Below, in pieces: positions 17,703 through 26,356 of a stretch of DNA of 64,000 bases. The DNA lies in contig NZ_CALVGS010000041.1 of assembly GCF_944327115.1 (NCBI RefSeq), positions 3,931 through 67,930 of the forward strand, written 5' to 3'. A program made the position numbers and the translations under genes. The notes below the pieces were generated by a model. The model ran no database searches. It was not told the DNA's origin and worked only from the letters and a program-made list of their open reading frames with translations. The stretch's first letter is position 1; every line of letters begins with the position of its first letter. Origin of the DNA: an uncultured Traorella sp. Its GTDB lineage: Bacteria > Bacillota_I > Bacilli_A > Erysipelotrichales > Erysipelotrichaceae.

Positions 17703-19292
17703 CTATTCCCCGCTTTTTCCATAATTGGAAAGCACACGTGCGCTTGGATCATCGACCTGACAGCCCTCCCAAGCCTGATTCGGCATCCAGAAACCAGTGA
17801 TCCATCCGGCTTGCCCCGGATAATATTTTTCGAAGATTTCACGATACAAAAGACTTTCTTTGGTAAAAGGCTTCGCATGATAACTGTATTTCTGACAACG
17901 TGCTTCAAACATTTCATCACTGTATTTCTCTTCTGCATATTCTTTTAAATAATCAACCATGGAATGGCCTACCGCATCAGAAAAAGCAGCTTTCTCACGC
18001 ATCAGGATATCATGAGGCAATAAATCATCTTTTTCAAATGCTTTTCGCAACAGATATTTGCCGATGCCGTAGTGATTCATCTTTAATTTAGGATCGATCG
18101 CCATCACGCCACTGATCAGCTTTGAATCACTGAAAGGAACCCTCGCTTCTAAAGAATTGGCTGAAATACAGCGATCCGCACGAAGTACATCATACATATA
18201 TAGCTCATGGATACGTTTTTCGCTTTCCTTCTGAAACTCGATCTCATCAGGTGCAAAGTCGGTATATTTATAACCAAAAAGCTCATCGCTGACTTCCCCG
18301 CTCAAAAGCACTTTAATATTTGTATGTTGTTTGATCTGTTTGCATAACAGATACATTCCGATACTGGCTCGAATCGTCGTAATATCATAGGTTTCCAATG
18401 TATAGATGACCTCTTCCAGACAATCTAATACATCTTTTTTGCTCATTAGAAAGGCTGTATGATCACTGCCGATATAATCAGCTGTTTCCTCGGCATATTT
18501 TAGATCGATCGCATCTTCACGCATGCCGATGGCAAATGTTTGGATAGGTGTGGATAGCTGTTTCTGGGCGATGGCACAGACAAGTGATGAATCTAATCCG
18601 CCACTTAAAAGAAAACCTATAGGTACATCACTATCCAATCTTTTTTTCACAGCTTCATATAGTGTGTCATGAATCATCTGTGCTGCACTGTCAATATCCT
18701 GATAGTTTTCTTTGGAAGGAGTTATCGGGTCATGATACTGAATAAACTGACCGTCCACATAGGTCGTGCCGATCGGAAATGGATGGATATCCTCACAAAA
18801 ATCAATCAATGCTTTGGCTTCTGAAGCAAAGGCAATCTTATGAGTATCTTTGGTATAGCCATAAAATAAAGGACGAATGCCCAAAGGATCACGGGAAGCA
18901 ATCAATGATTTTTTCTGATGGTCATAGATGACACAGGCATATTCCGCATCCAGTCTTTCAAATAGACCAATGCCATACTTTTCATACAAAGGCAAGATGA
19001 CCTCACAGTCACTCTTGCTTGAAAATGAAACTCCTTCCTCCTGCAACTCTTTTTTAATCTTTCTAAAGTTATAGATCTCACCATTGCATACCATCACATT
19101 TTTCTTATAATGCATCGGCTGCATGCCGCTCGCTTCAATTCCCATGATCGAAAGCCGGTGAAAACCTAAGACAGCCTGATCCTGAATTAAAATTCTTGAA
19201 CAGTCCGGGCCACGATAAGCAATTTTTTGAAAACTGTTTTTGAATACGGACATATCGATCTGATCATCATTGACACATAATATTCCACACAT
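17703..19292 (-). CDS. asnB: Asparagine synthase (glutamine-hydrolysing)
   Basis: MCGI N-terminus (class II amidotransferase Cys) with a GGAGGG RBS; PP-loop LLSGGLDSS. Confidence 0.93.
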   Translation of the reverse strand: MCGILCVNDDQIDMSVFKNSFQKIAYRGPDCSRILIQDQAVLGFHRLSIMGIEASGMQPMHYKKNVMVCNGEIYNFRKIKKELQEEGVSFSSKSDCEVILPLYEKYGIGLFERLDAEYACVIYDHQKKSLIASRDPLGIRPLFYGYTKDTHKIAFASEAKALIDFCEDIHPFPIGTTYVDGQFIQYHDPITPSKENYQDIDSAAQMIHDTLYEAVKKRLDSDVPIGFLLSGGLDSSLVCAIAQKQLSTPIQTFAIGMREDAIDLKYAEETADYIGSDHTAFLMSKKDVLDCLEEVIYTLETYDITTIRASIGMYLLCKQIKQHTNIKVLLSGEVSDELFGYKYTDFAPDEIEFQKESEKRIHELYMYDVLRADRCISANSLEARVPFSDSKLISGVMAIDPKLKMNHYGIGKYLLRKAFEKDDLLPHDILMREKAAFSDAVGHSMVDYLKEYAEEKYSDEMFEARCQKYSYHAKPFTKESLLYREIFEKYYPGQAGWITGFWMPNQAWEGCQVDDPSARVLSNYGKSGE

Positions 19293-19306
19293 ATCTTTCC
19301 CTCCGT

Positions 19307-19999
19307 TTAATTCATACAATAATATCCCTGATACGGATTCTTGGTTTCCGGCAATAGCCGACGATATTTTGAATGAAGCAGTTTTTCTTTATCCATCTTA
19401 AAGATTTCACAAAACTCAGAAATCTCAGCTTCAATCTCACTGCCATCCACGACATCTTCATAATTTCGTTCATCAGAAGAAGCGATGCGTACATAAATGA
19501 CACCGCCATGCTGACCTACGCCCACATTTTCAACCGGATCAAGTTCATCCCTGCGATTTAAGACAATGATCGTCCCACCGGCCAGATACTCTCCAAGGCA
19601 GGCTCCGGCTGTTTCACCGATCATCAATAAAGGCTTGCTGTCACCATATTCTTTCATATGAATTCCGCCGCGTACACCGATATAATCTCGGATGAAGATC
19701 TTGCCGCCGCGCATGCCATAGGCACAGATATCACCGCAATGGCCATGGACGATGATCTTTCCGGCATTCATCGTATCCCCTAAGCCTTCTTGGGCATTGC
19801 CTTTTAAGATCAGCGTTGAACCATCTAAAAGTCCGCCGCAGTCATTTCCGGAAATTCCTTCAATTTCAATTGTCTTGCCACTGCTGGCAGCTCCGATATA
19901 ACGCTGTCCGCAACAATTCTCACATACGATTTTTTCACTGCTTTGCATGATCGCTTCATTGATCTTGCGGGCAGTTAAATTCTCACAATTGATTTTCAT
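19307..19999 (-). CDS. Glutamate synthase GXGXG (C-terminal beta-helix) domain protein
   Basis: Repeated G-x-G motifs (GISGNDCGGLLDGSTLILKGNAQ, HGHCGDICAYGMRGGKIFI, GETAGACLGEYLAGGTIIV). Start at either ATG 19999 or ATG 20014. Confidence 0.82.
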   Translation of the reverse strand: MKINCENLTARKINEAIMQSSEKIVCENCCGQRYIGAASSGKTIEIEGISGNDCGGLLDGSTLILKGNAQEGLGDTMNAGKIIVHGHCGDICAYGMRGGKIFIRDYIGVRGGIHMKEYGDSKPLLMIGETAGACLGEYLAGGTIIVLNRRDELDPVENVGVGQHGGVIYVRIASSDERNYEDVVDGSEIEAEISEFCEIFKMDKEKLLHSKYRRLLPETKNPYQGYYCMN

Positions 20000-20000
20000 C

Positions 20001-21500
20001 TTACTCACCTGCATAACGTACCTTCAATATCTCACATTCTTTTTCATTCAGATCGACGGCTGCCAGCATCAGACGGTTGCCCTTCAAAGATTCGATTGAA
20101 TTGATGCCCATGCCACCCATGATCTCTCTGATCTCATAGGTCCATGAGCGAATCAGATTCACTAAGGCCTGTTTTCCGATCTGAGGATTTAAGCGGGCAC
20201 ATAAATCTTCTCTTTGGGTCGCAATGCCCCAGTTACAGATACCGCTGTGGCAATTCTGGCAAAGATGGCAGCCAAGAGCAACAAGAGCCGCTGTACCGAT
20301 CGAAACGGCATCAGCACCTAAAGCAATAGCTTTTACGACATCCGCTGAATTACGAATACCACCGCTTGCAATCAAGGATACCTGATCACGAAGTCCTTCT
20401 TCTCTTAATCGTTCATCAACACTGGCAATGGCTAACTCGATCGGAATCCCGACATGGTCACGGATCCTTGTCGGTGCTGCCCCACTGCCGCCGCGATAAC
20501 CGTCAATACAGATGATATCGGCTCCGCTGCGGGCAATACCGCTTGTAATGGCAGAAATATTATGTACGGCCGCTACTTTCACGATAACCGGTTTTGTATA
20601 ATGGGTCGCTTCTTTGATCAGCATGACCAGCTGATGAAGGTCTTCAATCGAATAAATATCATGATGCGGTGCCGGAGAAATCGCTTCGCTTCCCTGTTGG
20701 ATCATCCTCGTCTTAGCGACGATTTCCGTATTCTTATTGCTCGGCAGATGACCGCCGATTCCCGGTTTAGCTCCCTGACCGATCTTGATCTCAACGGCCG
20801 CACAGGCATCAAGGACCTTTTTTTCGATACCAAAACGTCCACTGGCTACTTGTACGATCACGTGTTCTTTATCTTTGAAGAAATCCGGATGCAAACCTCC
20901 TTCTCCGGCATTATAATATGTATTACATTCCTTCGCCGCTTCTAATATAGACTTGTGAGCCGGATAGGATATGGCCCCTAACGACATGGCACTGAAAAGG
21001 ATCGGTACATCTAATTTCAAATAAGCTTCATCTTTTAAGATCAGTTTCCCATTTTCGTCACGTGATACATCTCGCGTTTTTTTACCCAGAAAGACTTTTG
21101 TTTCCATCGGTTCACGAAGCGGATCGATGCTGGGATTGGTCACCTGTGAAGCATTCAGCATCAAATGATCAAAGTAACACTTCTGCTTTTGGGAAGAACC
21201 CATGCTTGAAAGCAGGATACCGCTTTGTGTCGCCTGTTTATAAATTTCCTTGCGTTCTCTTTCTGACCAATAGTCATTGTGGTGCATTTCATTACGGTTC
21301 CTGATGATCTTTAGGGCATGTGCATGACAGAACACCACGCATCGCTGGCAGTTGACACATTTCATCTCATCAACGCATAAACGATGATTCTCATCAAAAT
21401 AATGCACGCCATAACCGCACTGTTTGACACAAACTCCACAGGTATCACAGCGATCGCTTCTTAATACCTCATATTCATTGAGCGCATAGATATTACGCAT
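20001..21500 (-). CDS. Glutamate synthase FMN-binding domain protein with N-terminal 2x[4Fe-4S] ferredoxin motifs
   Basis: CDTCGVCVKQC and CVNCQRCVVFC cysteine clusters, then GQGAKPGIGGHLP and GGSGAAP/ASGGIRN motifs of the GltB FMN domain. ATG 21500 has GAGGTG 6 nt upstream. Confidence 0.87.
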   Translation of the reverse strand: MRNIYALNEYEVLRSDRCDTCGVCVKQCGYGVHYFDENHRLCVDEMKCVNCQRCVVFCHAHALKIIRNRNEMHHNDYWSERERKEIYKQATQSGILLSSMGSSQKQKCYFDHLMLNASQVTNPSIDPLREPMETKVFLGKKTRDVSRDENGKLILKDEAYLKLDVPILFSAMSLGAISYPAHKSILEAAKECNTYYNAGEGGLHPDFFKDKEHVIVQVASGRFGIEKKVLDACAAVEIKIGQGAKPGIGGHLPSNKNTEIVAKTRMIQQGSEAISPAPHHDIYSIEDLHQLVMLIKEATHYTKPVIVKVAAVHNISAITSGIARSGADIICIDGYRGGSGAAPTRIRDHVGIPIELAIASVDERLREEGLRDQVSLIASGGIRNSADVVKAIALGADAVSIGTAALVALGCHLCQNCHSGICNWGIATQREDLCARLNPQIGKQALVNLIRSWTYEIREIMGGMGINSIESLKGNRLMLAAVDLNEKECEILKVRYAGE

Positions 21501-22575
21501 GCTTTTCACCTCGCTTATAGATTACCGCTTCACTTGCCCGAATACACGATATCTTATCCACATCTTCCTTCAAGGCACGTATCGCACTTTCCTCGGAAGC
21601 CAGATAAAGCGTCGATTCATTTTCAGCCATCACCAGACTTCGAAGCTTGCACCTGTCATTTAAAGCCATGATACCGTCTTTAAAGCCTACGATGATGGAA
21701 AAAGGGCCGCATATCAGATAATCCGCAAAATTCTTTCGCAAATAGGTATAATAGTTTTTTTGTCCATCTTCCATTTTCTCGATCTCGCTCCAAAAAGGTG
21801 CTGCCAGGATATGGGCACATTCTTCAAGAGTAAACCCGTGATGACGCGTCAGATCATCAATCATATAAGCAATCGCTTCTGTGTCTGTCTGCAATGAACA
21901 TTTATATCCTACCATTTCCAACATCTTACGATTGGTATCATAACTGGAAATCTCTCCATTATGAACCAATGCCATATCCAATAAAGAAAACGGATGTGCA
22001 CCGCCCCACCAGCCGGGTGTATTGGTCGGATAGCGGCCATGAGCGATCCAGCAGGTTGCCTGATATTTCTCAAGCATATAAAAATCACCAAGATCTTCCG
22101 GATAGCCCACACCTTTGAAGACGCCCATATTTTTTCCCATCGAAAAACAGTAAGCCCCTTCAATTCTTTCATTGATATCCAGCATCGTCGCAACCATGAA
22201 ATTCTCTTCTTCTTTCATGGTTCTCTGTTCCAGCGGTAAGACGAAATAACGCCAGATCAGCGGTGAAGAGACCACACCCGGATTTTGTCTTGTTGGAATT
22301 TCCTCATACTTAAATACTTTGAATTTATCAAAAAGCTCACTTTCAAACGTTCTTTTTGCTGTTAGATCATCAAAAAACATATGAATGGCATAATCATCCT
22401 GATACTCCGGATAAATGTCATACCCGACAAATCCGCCGCCAAGACCATTGCTGCGCTCATGCATCGTCTGAATCATCGTAATGATCCTGCTGCCATCGAC
22501 CAGATGTCCGTCTTTAGAAAAAATGGCTGCAATGGCACATCCGGCAGGAATCCTTACTTCTCCCTCTCTTTTCAT
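21493..22575 (-). CDS. Glutamate synthase class II glutamine amidotransferase domain protein
   Basis: Short leader, then GCAIAAIF (Ntn Cys), HGRYPTNTPG, HNGEISSY; 360 aa. Confidence 0.82.
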   Translation of the reverse strand: MKREGEVRIPAGCAIAAIFSKDGHLVDGSRIITMIQTMHERSNGLGGGFVGYDIYPEYQDDYAIHMFFDDLTAKRTFESELFDKFKVFKYEEIPTRQNPGVVSSPLIWRYFVLPLEQRTMKEEENFMVATMLDINERIEGAYCFSMGKNMGVFKGVGYPEDLGDFYMLEKYQATCWIAHGRYPTNTPGWWGGAHPFSLLDMALVHNGEISSYDTNRKMLEMVGYKCSLQTDTEAIAYMIDDLTRHHGFTLEECAHILAAPFWSEIEKMEDGQKNYYTYLRKNFADYLICGPFSIIVGFKDGIMALNDRCKLRSLVMAENESTLYLASEESAIRALKEDVDKISCIRASEAVIYKRGEKHA

Positions 22576-22587
22576 ACAACCTCCAGA

Positions 22588-22626
22588 AATAAAAAAAGAC
22601 GCTCTAAAAAATAGAAACGTCTTTGT
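22588..22626 (-). terminator. Intrinsic terminator between glmS and the glutamate synthase genes
   Basis: Minus strand: AAAGACG ... CGTCTTT stem followed by a T-run; ends about 12 nt before the GGAGG RBS of the amidotransferase gene. Confidence 0.65.
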
Positions 22627-22684
22627 TTGTGTCTAGTTTACATTTTCTTTCATGAAATGTCAATCATTTTTTTCATCAGAAATT

Positions 22685-24490
22685 TTATTCAACAGTCACT
22701 GATTTCGCCAGATTTTTCGGCTGATCGATATCACATCCCATCTTTGCCGCCAGATGATGGGCAAGCAATTGGTAAGGTACGATCGAAACGATTCCCTGAA
22801 GGAATTCACTCACCTTCGGCAAGAAGATCACTTCATCTGCTTCTATGCTCTCATGATAGAGATCCTCACGAATCACAAGAAGTATGCGGGCACCTCGTGC
22901 CTTGACCTCTTTCATATTCGAGATGCTCTTATCCACCAGCTTCTCATCACTGATCAGAACCATGACCGGTGTATCCTCTTCAATCAAAGAAATTGTTCCA
23001 TGCTTCAGCTCTCCTGCCGGATAAGCAACCGCCTGGATATAGGTGATTTCCTTCAGCTTTAAGGCACCCTCCATGGACAAAGCATAATCAATGCCGCGTC
23101 CGATAAAGAAAACATTTTTCTTATTCATGATCGAAGCAACGAAACCATCTAAATTTGTATCACTGATCAGCTTATCAATATACATATCTATCTTTTGCAG
23201 CTGTTTTTCTATCGTATGCAGCTGCAGCGAAGAAAGCCGGTCCATACATGAATTCAATGCCAATAAACAGCATACAGCCACTTGAGCACAATAGGCCTTG
23301 GTCGTCGCAACCGATATTTCTACACCTGCCAGTGTCGGCAAGACATACTTGGCTTCTTTTTCAAGCGAACTTCCCTTTACATTGACAATCGCACAGCTAT
23401 CCACTCCCATCTTATTCACCATGCGAATGGCTGCCAGCGTATCCGCCGTTTCTCCTGACTGTGAGATACAGATGACCAATGTTTTCTCATCCAATATCGG
23501 TGAATTATAACGGAATTCACTGGCAACCTCACATTCACAGCGGATGCGGGCATATTTTTCAATCAGATTTTTCGCAAGGACCCCTGCATGATAAGCACTG
23601 CCGCAGGCAACAAAATAAATACAGTGATACTTTTTTAGATCGATCATCGTCTTTGAAAGCTCTTGTAAACTGTTTTTCATATAATGATGGATCGTATCCA
23701 TGACCACTCTTCCTTCTTCATGGATTTCCTTCAATAAGAAAGAATCATAACCACCCTTTTCAATCGTTGAAATATCCATCTCACTCTTTTGTACCTGCAC
23801 ATCCACACGATTCAGATCTGAGTCATAACATTCAATTTCTTGATTCGTGATCCTGACGATCTGATCTTCATCAATCGTGGCATAGTTACGTGTAAAACGA
23901 ATAAACGCACTGAGATCACTTGCCAGAAAATTACCCTCTTCACCGATTCCTAAGATCAGTGGTGAATCCTTACGCATACCGTAAATCACACCTTCTTCAT
24001 CCTCAAACATGATTGCAAACGCATAGCTTCCTTTTAATATCTTGGCAGCTTCCCGAAGAACCTTTAACTTATTTTTTTCACTTCGATATAGGATTGCCAG
24101 ACATGCACAGGCAACTTCACTGTCCGTTTCACTCTTAAAAACGATCCCTCTTTGTTCATACGCTTTTTTCAAAGCTGCCGCATTCTCGATGATACCATTA
24201 TGGACAAGCGTGACACCTTCTACCCGGTGCGGATGAGCATTGATCTCATTCGGTTCACCATGCGTCGCCCATCTTGTATGAGCGATACCACAAAAACTTT
24301 CAGGCTTATCCTTGATCTTCTTCTCAAGCTCACTGATCTTGCCCTTTGCTTTTATTATCTCAATTTGACCGCACTGAAAAGAAGCGATACCACTGGAATC
24401 ATATCCGCGGTATTCCAACGCCTTCAGCCCGCTCAACAAAACACCATGCGCACAAGGTCTGCTGCCGGCATAGCCAATTATTCCACACAT
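22685..24490 (-). CDS. glmS: Glutamine-fructose-6-phosphate aminotransferase
   Basis: MCGIIGY N-terminus with an AGGAGG RBS, two SIS domains, canonical C-terminus LAKSVTVE. The ORF-track extension to 24622 is the ribozyme leader, not coding sequence. Confidence 0.95.
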   Translation of the reverse strand: MCGIIGYAGSRPCAHGVLLSGLKALEYRGYDSSGIASFQCGQIEIIKAKGKISELEKKIKDKPESFCGIAHTRWATHGEPNEINAHPHRVEGVTLVHNGIIENAAALKKAYEQRGIVFKSETDSEVACACLAILYRSEKNKLKVLREAAKILKGSYAFAIMFEDEEGVIYGMRKDSPLILGIGEEGNFLASDLSAFIRFTRNYATIDEDQIVRITNQEIECYDSDLNRVDVQVQKSEMDISTIEKGGYDSFLLKEIHEEGRVVMDTIHHYMKNSLQELSKTMIDLKKYHCIYFVACGSAYHAGVLAKNLIEKYARIRCECEVASEFRYNSPILDEKTLVICISQSGETADTLAAIRMVNKMGVDSCAIVNVKGSSLEKEAKYVLPTLAGVEISVATTKAYCAQVAVCCLLALNSCMDRLSSLQLHTIEKQLQKIDMYIDKLISDTNLDGFVASIMNKKNVFFIGRGIDYALSMEGALKLKEITYIQAVAYPAGELKHGTISLIEEDTPVMVLISDEKLVDKSISNMKEVKARGARILLVIREDLYHESIEADEVIFLPKVSEFLQGIVSIVPYQLLAHHLAAKMGCDIDQPKNLAKSVTVE

Positions 24491-24509
24491 TATTATTTTC
24501 CTCCTATTA

Positions 24510-24645
24510 AATGAAATCATTTTTGTTTCAATGTTGATTTTGATTTTTGTATGATTTCTAACGATATTTGCATACCGCAGCAGTACCCGCCGAATCTTTC
24601 GATAACCTGCTGTCCTCGTCAACTAAACTAGTCCTGGCGCTCAAC
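24510..24645 (-). ncRNA. glmS ribozyme: glmS ribozyme (GlcN6P-dependent self-cleaving riboswitch)
   Basis: Minus-strand RNA: A|GCGCCAGGACUAGUUUAGUUGACGAGGACAGCAGGUUAUCGAAAGAUUCGGCGGGUACUGCUGCGG... This matches the conserved core (AGCGCCAG-ACU, GUUGACGAGGA, GGUUAUCGAA, UUCGGCGG) directly upstream of glmS. The predicted cleavage site lies between 24641 and 24640. Confidence 0.85.
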
Positions 24646-24689
24646 TAATATAAATTACGACCCTCCTCATTTATACTAATCTAGTCGTT

Positions 24690-24719
24690 ATTATATCATA
24701 ATGAATTAAAAAATTGAAA
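24690..24719 (-). promoter_or_regulatory. Candidate glmS promoter (extended -10)
   Basis: Minus strand: TGATATAAT (TATAAT = plus 24690-24695) with a weak -35 (TTTCAA/TTCAAT) 17-18 nt upstream. Confidence 0.4.
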
Positions 24720-24742
24720 TAAAAATCATTGAGTTTTTCGTG

Positions 24743-25330
24743 ATGGAATGCTACCATAATCCCATGGAACTAAAAACGATGATCGAACGATATCTTCCCT
24801 TGAATGAACAGGAAGAAAAAGATAAACATTTTATTTTAAAAGCTATGGAAATACATGATAACCTGTTGGAAAGAAAAAACAGATTCATGCATTTTTCTGC
24901 TTCCTGCTGGATCACCAATCAAACGCGTACAAAGGTATTGATGATCTATCATAACATCTATGATTCATGGTCATGGTGCGGTGGTCATGCTGATGGCGAA
25001 GCAGATCTATGTGCCGTAGCTCTTAAAGAAATGAAAGAGGAAACGGGAATTGATCAGTATCACTTGCTTTCTAATACACCTTTTTCTTTAGAAGTTTTAA
25101 CCGTTGATGGTCATGTGAAAAACAATGAATATGTTTCTTCCCATTTACATCTCAACCTGACATATCTTATTGAGGCTGATGAAAAGACACCTCTTATCCT
25201 GAATAAAAAAGAAACAAAGGGCATCAAGTGGATACCTGTTTGTTTACTGAAACAGGAAGTAAGAGAAACATGGATGATGGAAAATATCTATCAGAAGCTG
25301 ATTGATAAGATGAAAGGAGCAAAAGAATGA
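24743..25330 (+). CDS. NUDIX hydrolase
   Basis: Nudix box GGHADGEADLCAVALKEMKEETGI. The start is uncertain: several in-frame ATGs and no clear SD. Confidence 0.8.
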   Translation: MECYHNPMELKTMIERYLPLNEQEEKDKHFILKAMEIHDNLLERKNRFMHFSASCWITNQTRTKVLMIYHNIYDSWSWCGGHADGEADLCAVALKEMKEETGIDQYHLLSNTPFSLEVLTVDGHVKNNEYVSSHLHLNLTYLIEADEKTPLILNKKETKGIKWIPVCLLKQEVRETWMMENIYQKLIDKMKGAKE

Positions 25331-26310
25331 AAAATATCATGGTTGTCGCAACCGGAGGTACGATTGCCGGCATTGGGGAAAAAGGCAAGACAGTTGCTTA
25401 TCATGCCGGTGAGATCAGTGTTGAGGACATCTTGCAATCGATTCCCAGCGTAGAAAAAATGGCACATATACAAGAAGTGCAGCTCTTCAATGTCGATTCC
25501 AATGAAATGGATGAAGACAAATGGCTGGTACTGGCAAAAAAGATCAATGAACTGATTCAAAGAGAGGATATCGATGGGATCGTGGTCACTCATGGAACAG
25601 ATACGATCGAAGAAACCGCCTATTTTTTGAATCTGACGATTCACTCCGACAAACCTGTTGTCATAACGGGAGCCATGCGTCCCGCTACTGCCACAAGTGC
25701 CGATGGTCCGTATAATCTCTATCAGGCCATTGCATTGGCAAGCAGCGATCAGTCAAACGGACAGGGAGTCATGGTCCTTTTTTCAAATACGATCTATTCC
25801 GGCAGAGATATTCAAAAGGTCAATAACTATAAAATTGATGCCTTTGATCAGAAAGCCTTTGGTTGTCTTGGCTATATGCAAGATGAACATGTCTACTTTT
25901 ATTCAAAGACCTTTAAATGTCATACCTGTCAGTCAATCTTTTCGAAACAGTTGCCTGACTCCCTTCCAAAAGTAGGCATTGCCTATTTCTATGCAGGAGC
26001 CGATCCTTACATTCTCGATCATCTTGCCCAGGACCATGAAGGAATCATCATTGCCGGAAGCGGAAATGGTAATTATTCTCAGAAATGGCTGCAAAGAATC
26101 AATGAGCTTTCAGAAAACAAACAAATGATCTTTGTAAGAGCCAGCCGTGTTCCTTTAGGAATCGTCTTTAACGATCATGTCTTCGATCCCCATGAACATT
26201 GCATCGCTTCCAATACCCTAAGTGCCCAAAAAGCAAGGATCCTTTTATCTTTGGCTTTATCGATCACACATGATCATAATAAAATAAAAGAAATTTTTGA
26301 AAATTATTAG
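25327..26310 (+). CDS. ansA: L-asparaginase (type II-like)
   Basis: VVATGGTIAG and GIVVTHGTDTIEETAYFL motifs. The ATG overlaps the NUDIX stop (ATGA). Confidence 0.92.
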   Translation: MKNIMVVATGGTIAGIGEKGKTVAYHAGEISVEDILQSIPSVEKMAHIQEVQLFNVDSNEMDEDKWLVLAKKINELIQREDIDGIVVTHGTDTIEETAYFLNLTIHSDKPVVITGAMRPATATSADGPYNLYQAIALASSDQSNGQGVMVLFSNTIYSGRDIQKVNNYKIDAFDQKAFGCLGYMQDEHVYFYSKTFKCHTCQSIFSKQLPDSLPKVGIAYFYAGADPYILDHLAQDHEGIIIAGSGNGNYSQKWLQRINELSENKQMIFVRASRVPLGIVFNDHVFDPHEHCIASNTLSAQKARILLSLALSITHDHNKIKEIFENY

Positions 26311-26330
26311 CTGCCTCGCAGCTTTTTTTA
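26309..26330 (+). terminator. Intrinsic terminator after the asparaginase gene
   Basis: AGCTGC CTC GCAGCT followed by T7. Confidence 0.55.
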
Positions 26331-26332
26331 TA

Positions 26333-26356
26333 TTTAAAAGGACGCCTAAGCGTCCT
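26333..26356 (-). terminator. Intrinsic terminator after the M1-like gene
   Basis: AGGACGC / GCGTCCT stem followed by TTTAAAT on the minus strand; overlaps the stop codon. Confidence 0.45.

Noticed and set aside
17552-17948. Overlapping 128-aa (-) and 130-aa (+) ORFs at the asnB 3' end
   Set aside because: Both largely overlap the well-supported asnB frame and run across the terminator hairpin. They have no RBS and odd composition, so I treat them as shadow ORFs.
20454-20945. 163-aa plus-strand ORF inside the glutamate synthase FMN-domain gene
   Set aside because: It is antisense to a strongly motif-supported CDS, has no RBS, and its Arg/Cys-rich composition is typical of antisense shadows. 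The same reasoning applies to 21062..21304, 21894..22239, 22754..23062, 24152..24514 and 25291..25644.
22627-22663. TnrA/GlnR box near the promoter-like site upstream of the glutamate synthase genes
   Set aside because: TGTAAACTAGACACA does not fit TGTNA-N7-TNACA spacing.
24491-24622. N-terminal 44-codon extension of the glmS ORF in the track
   Set aside because: A class II amidotransferase must begin at Met-Cys (MCGIIGY, ATG 24490, AGGAGG RBS). The extension overlaps the glmS ribozyme.
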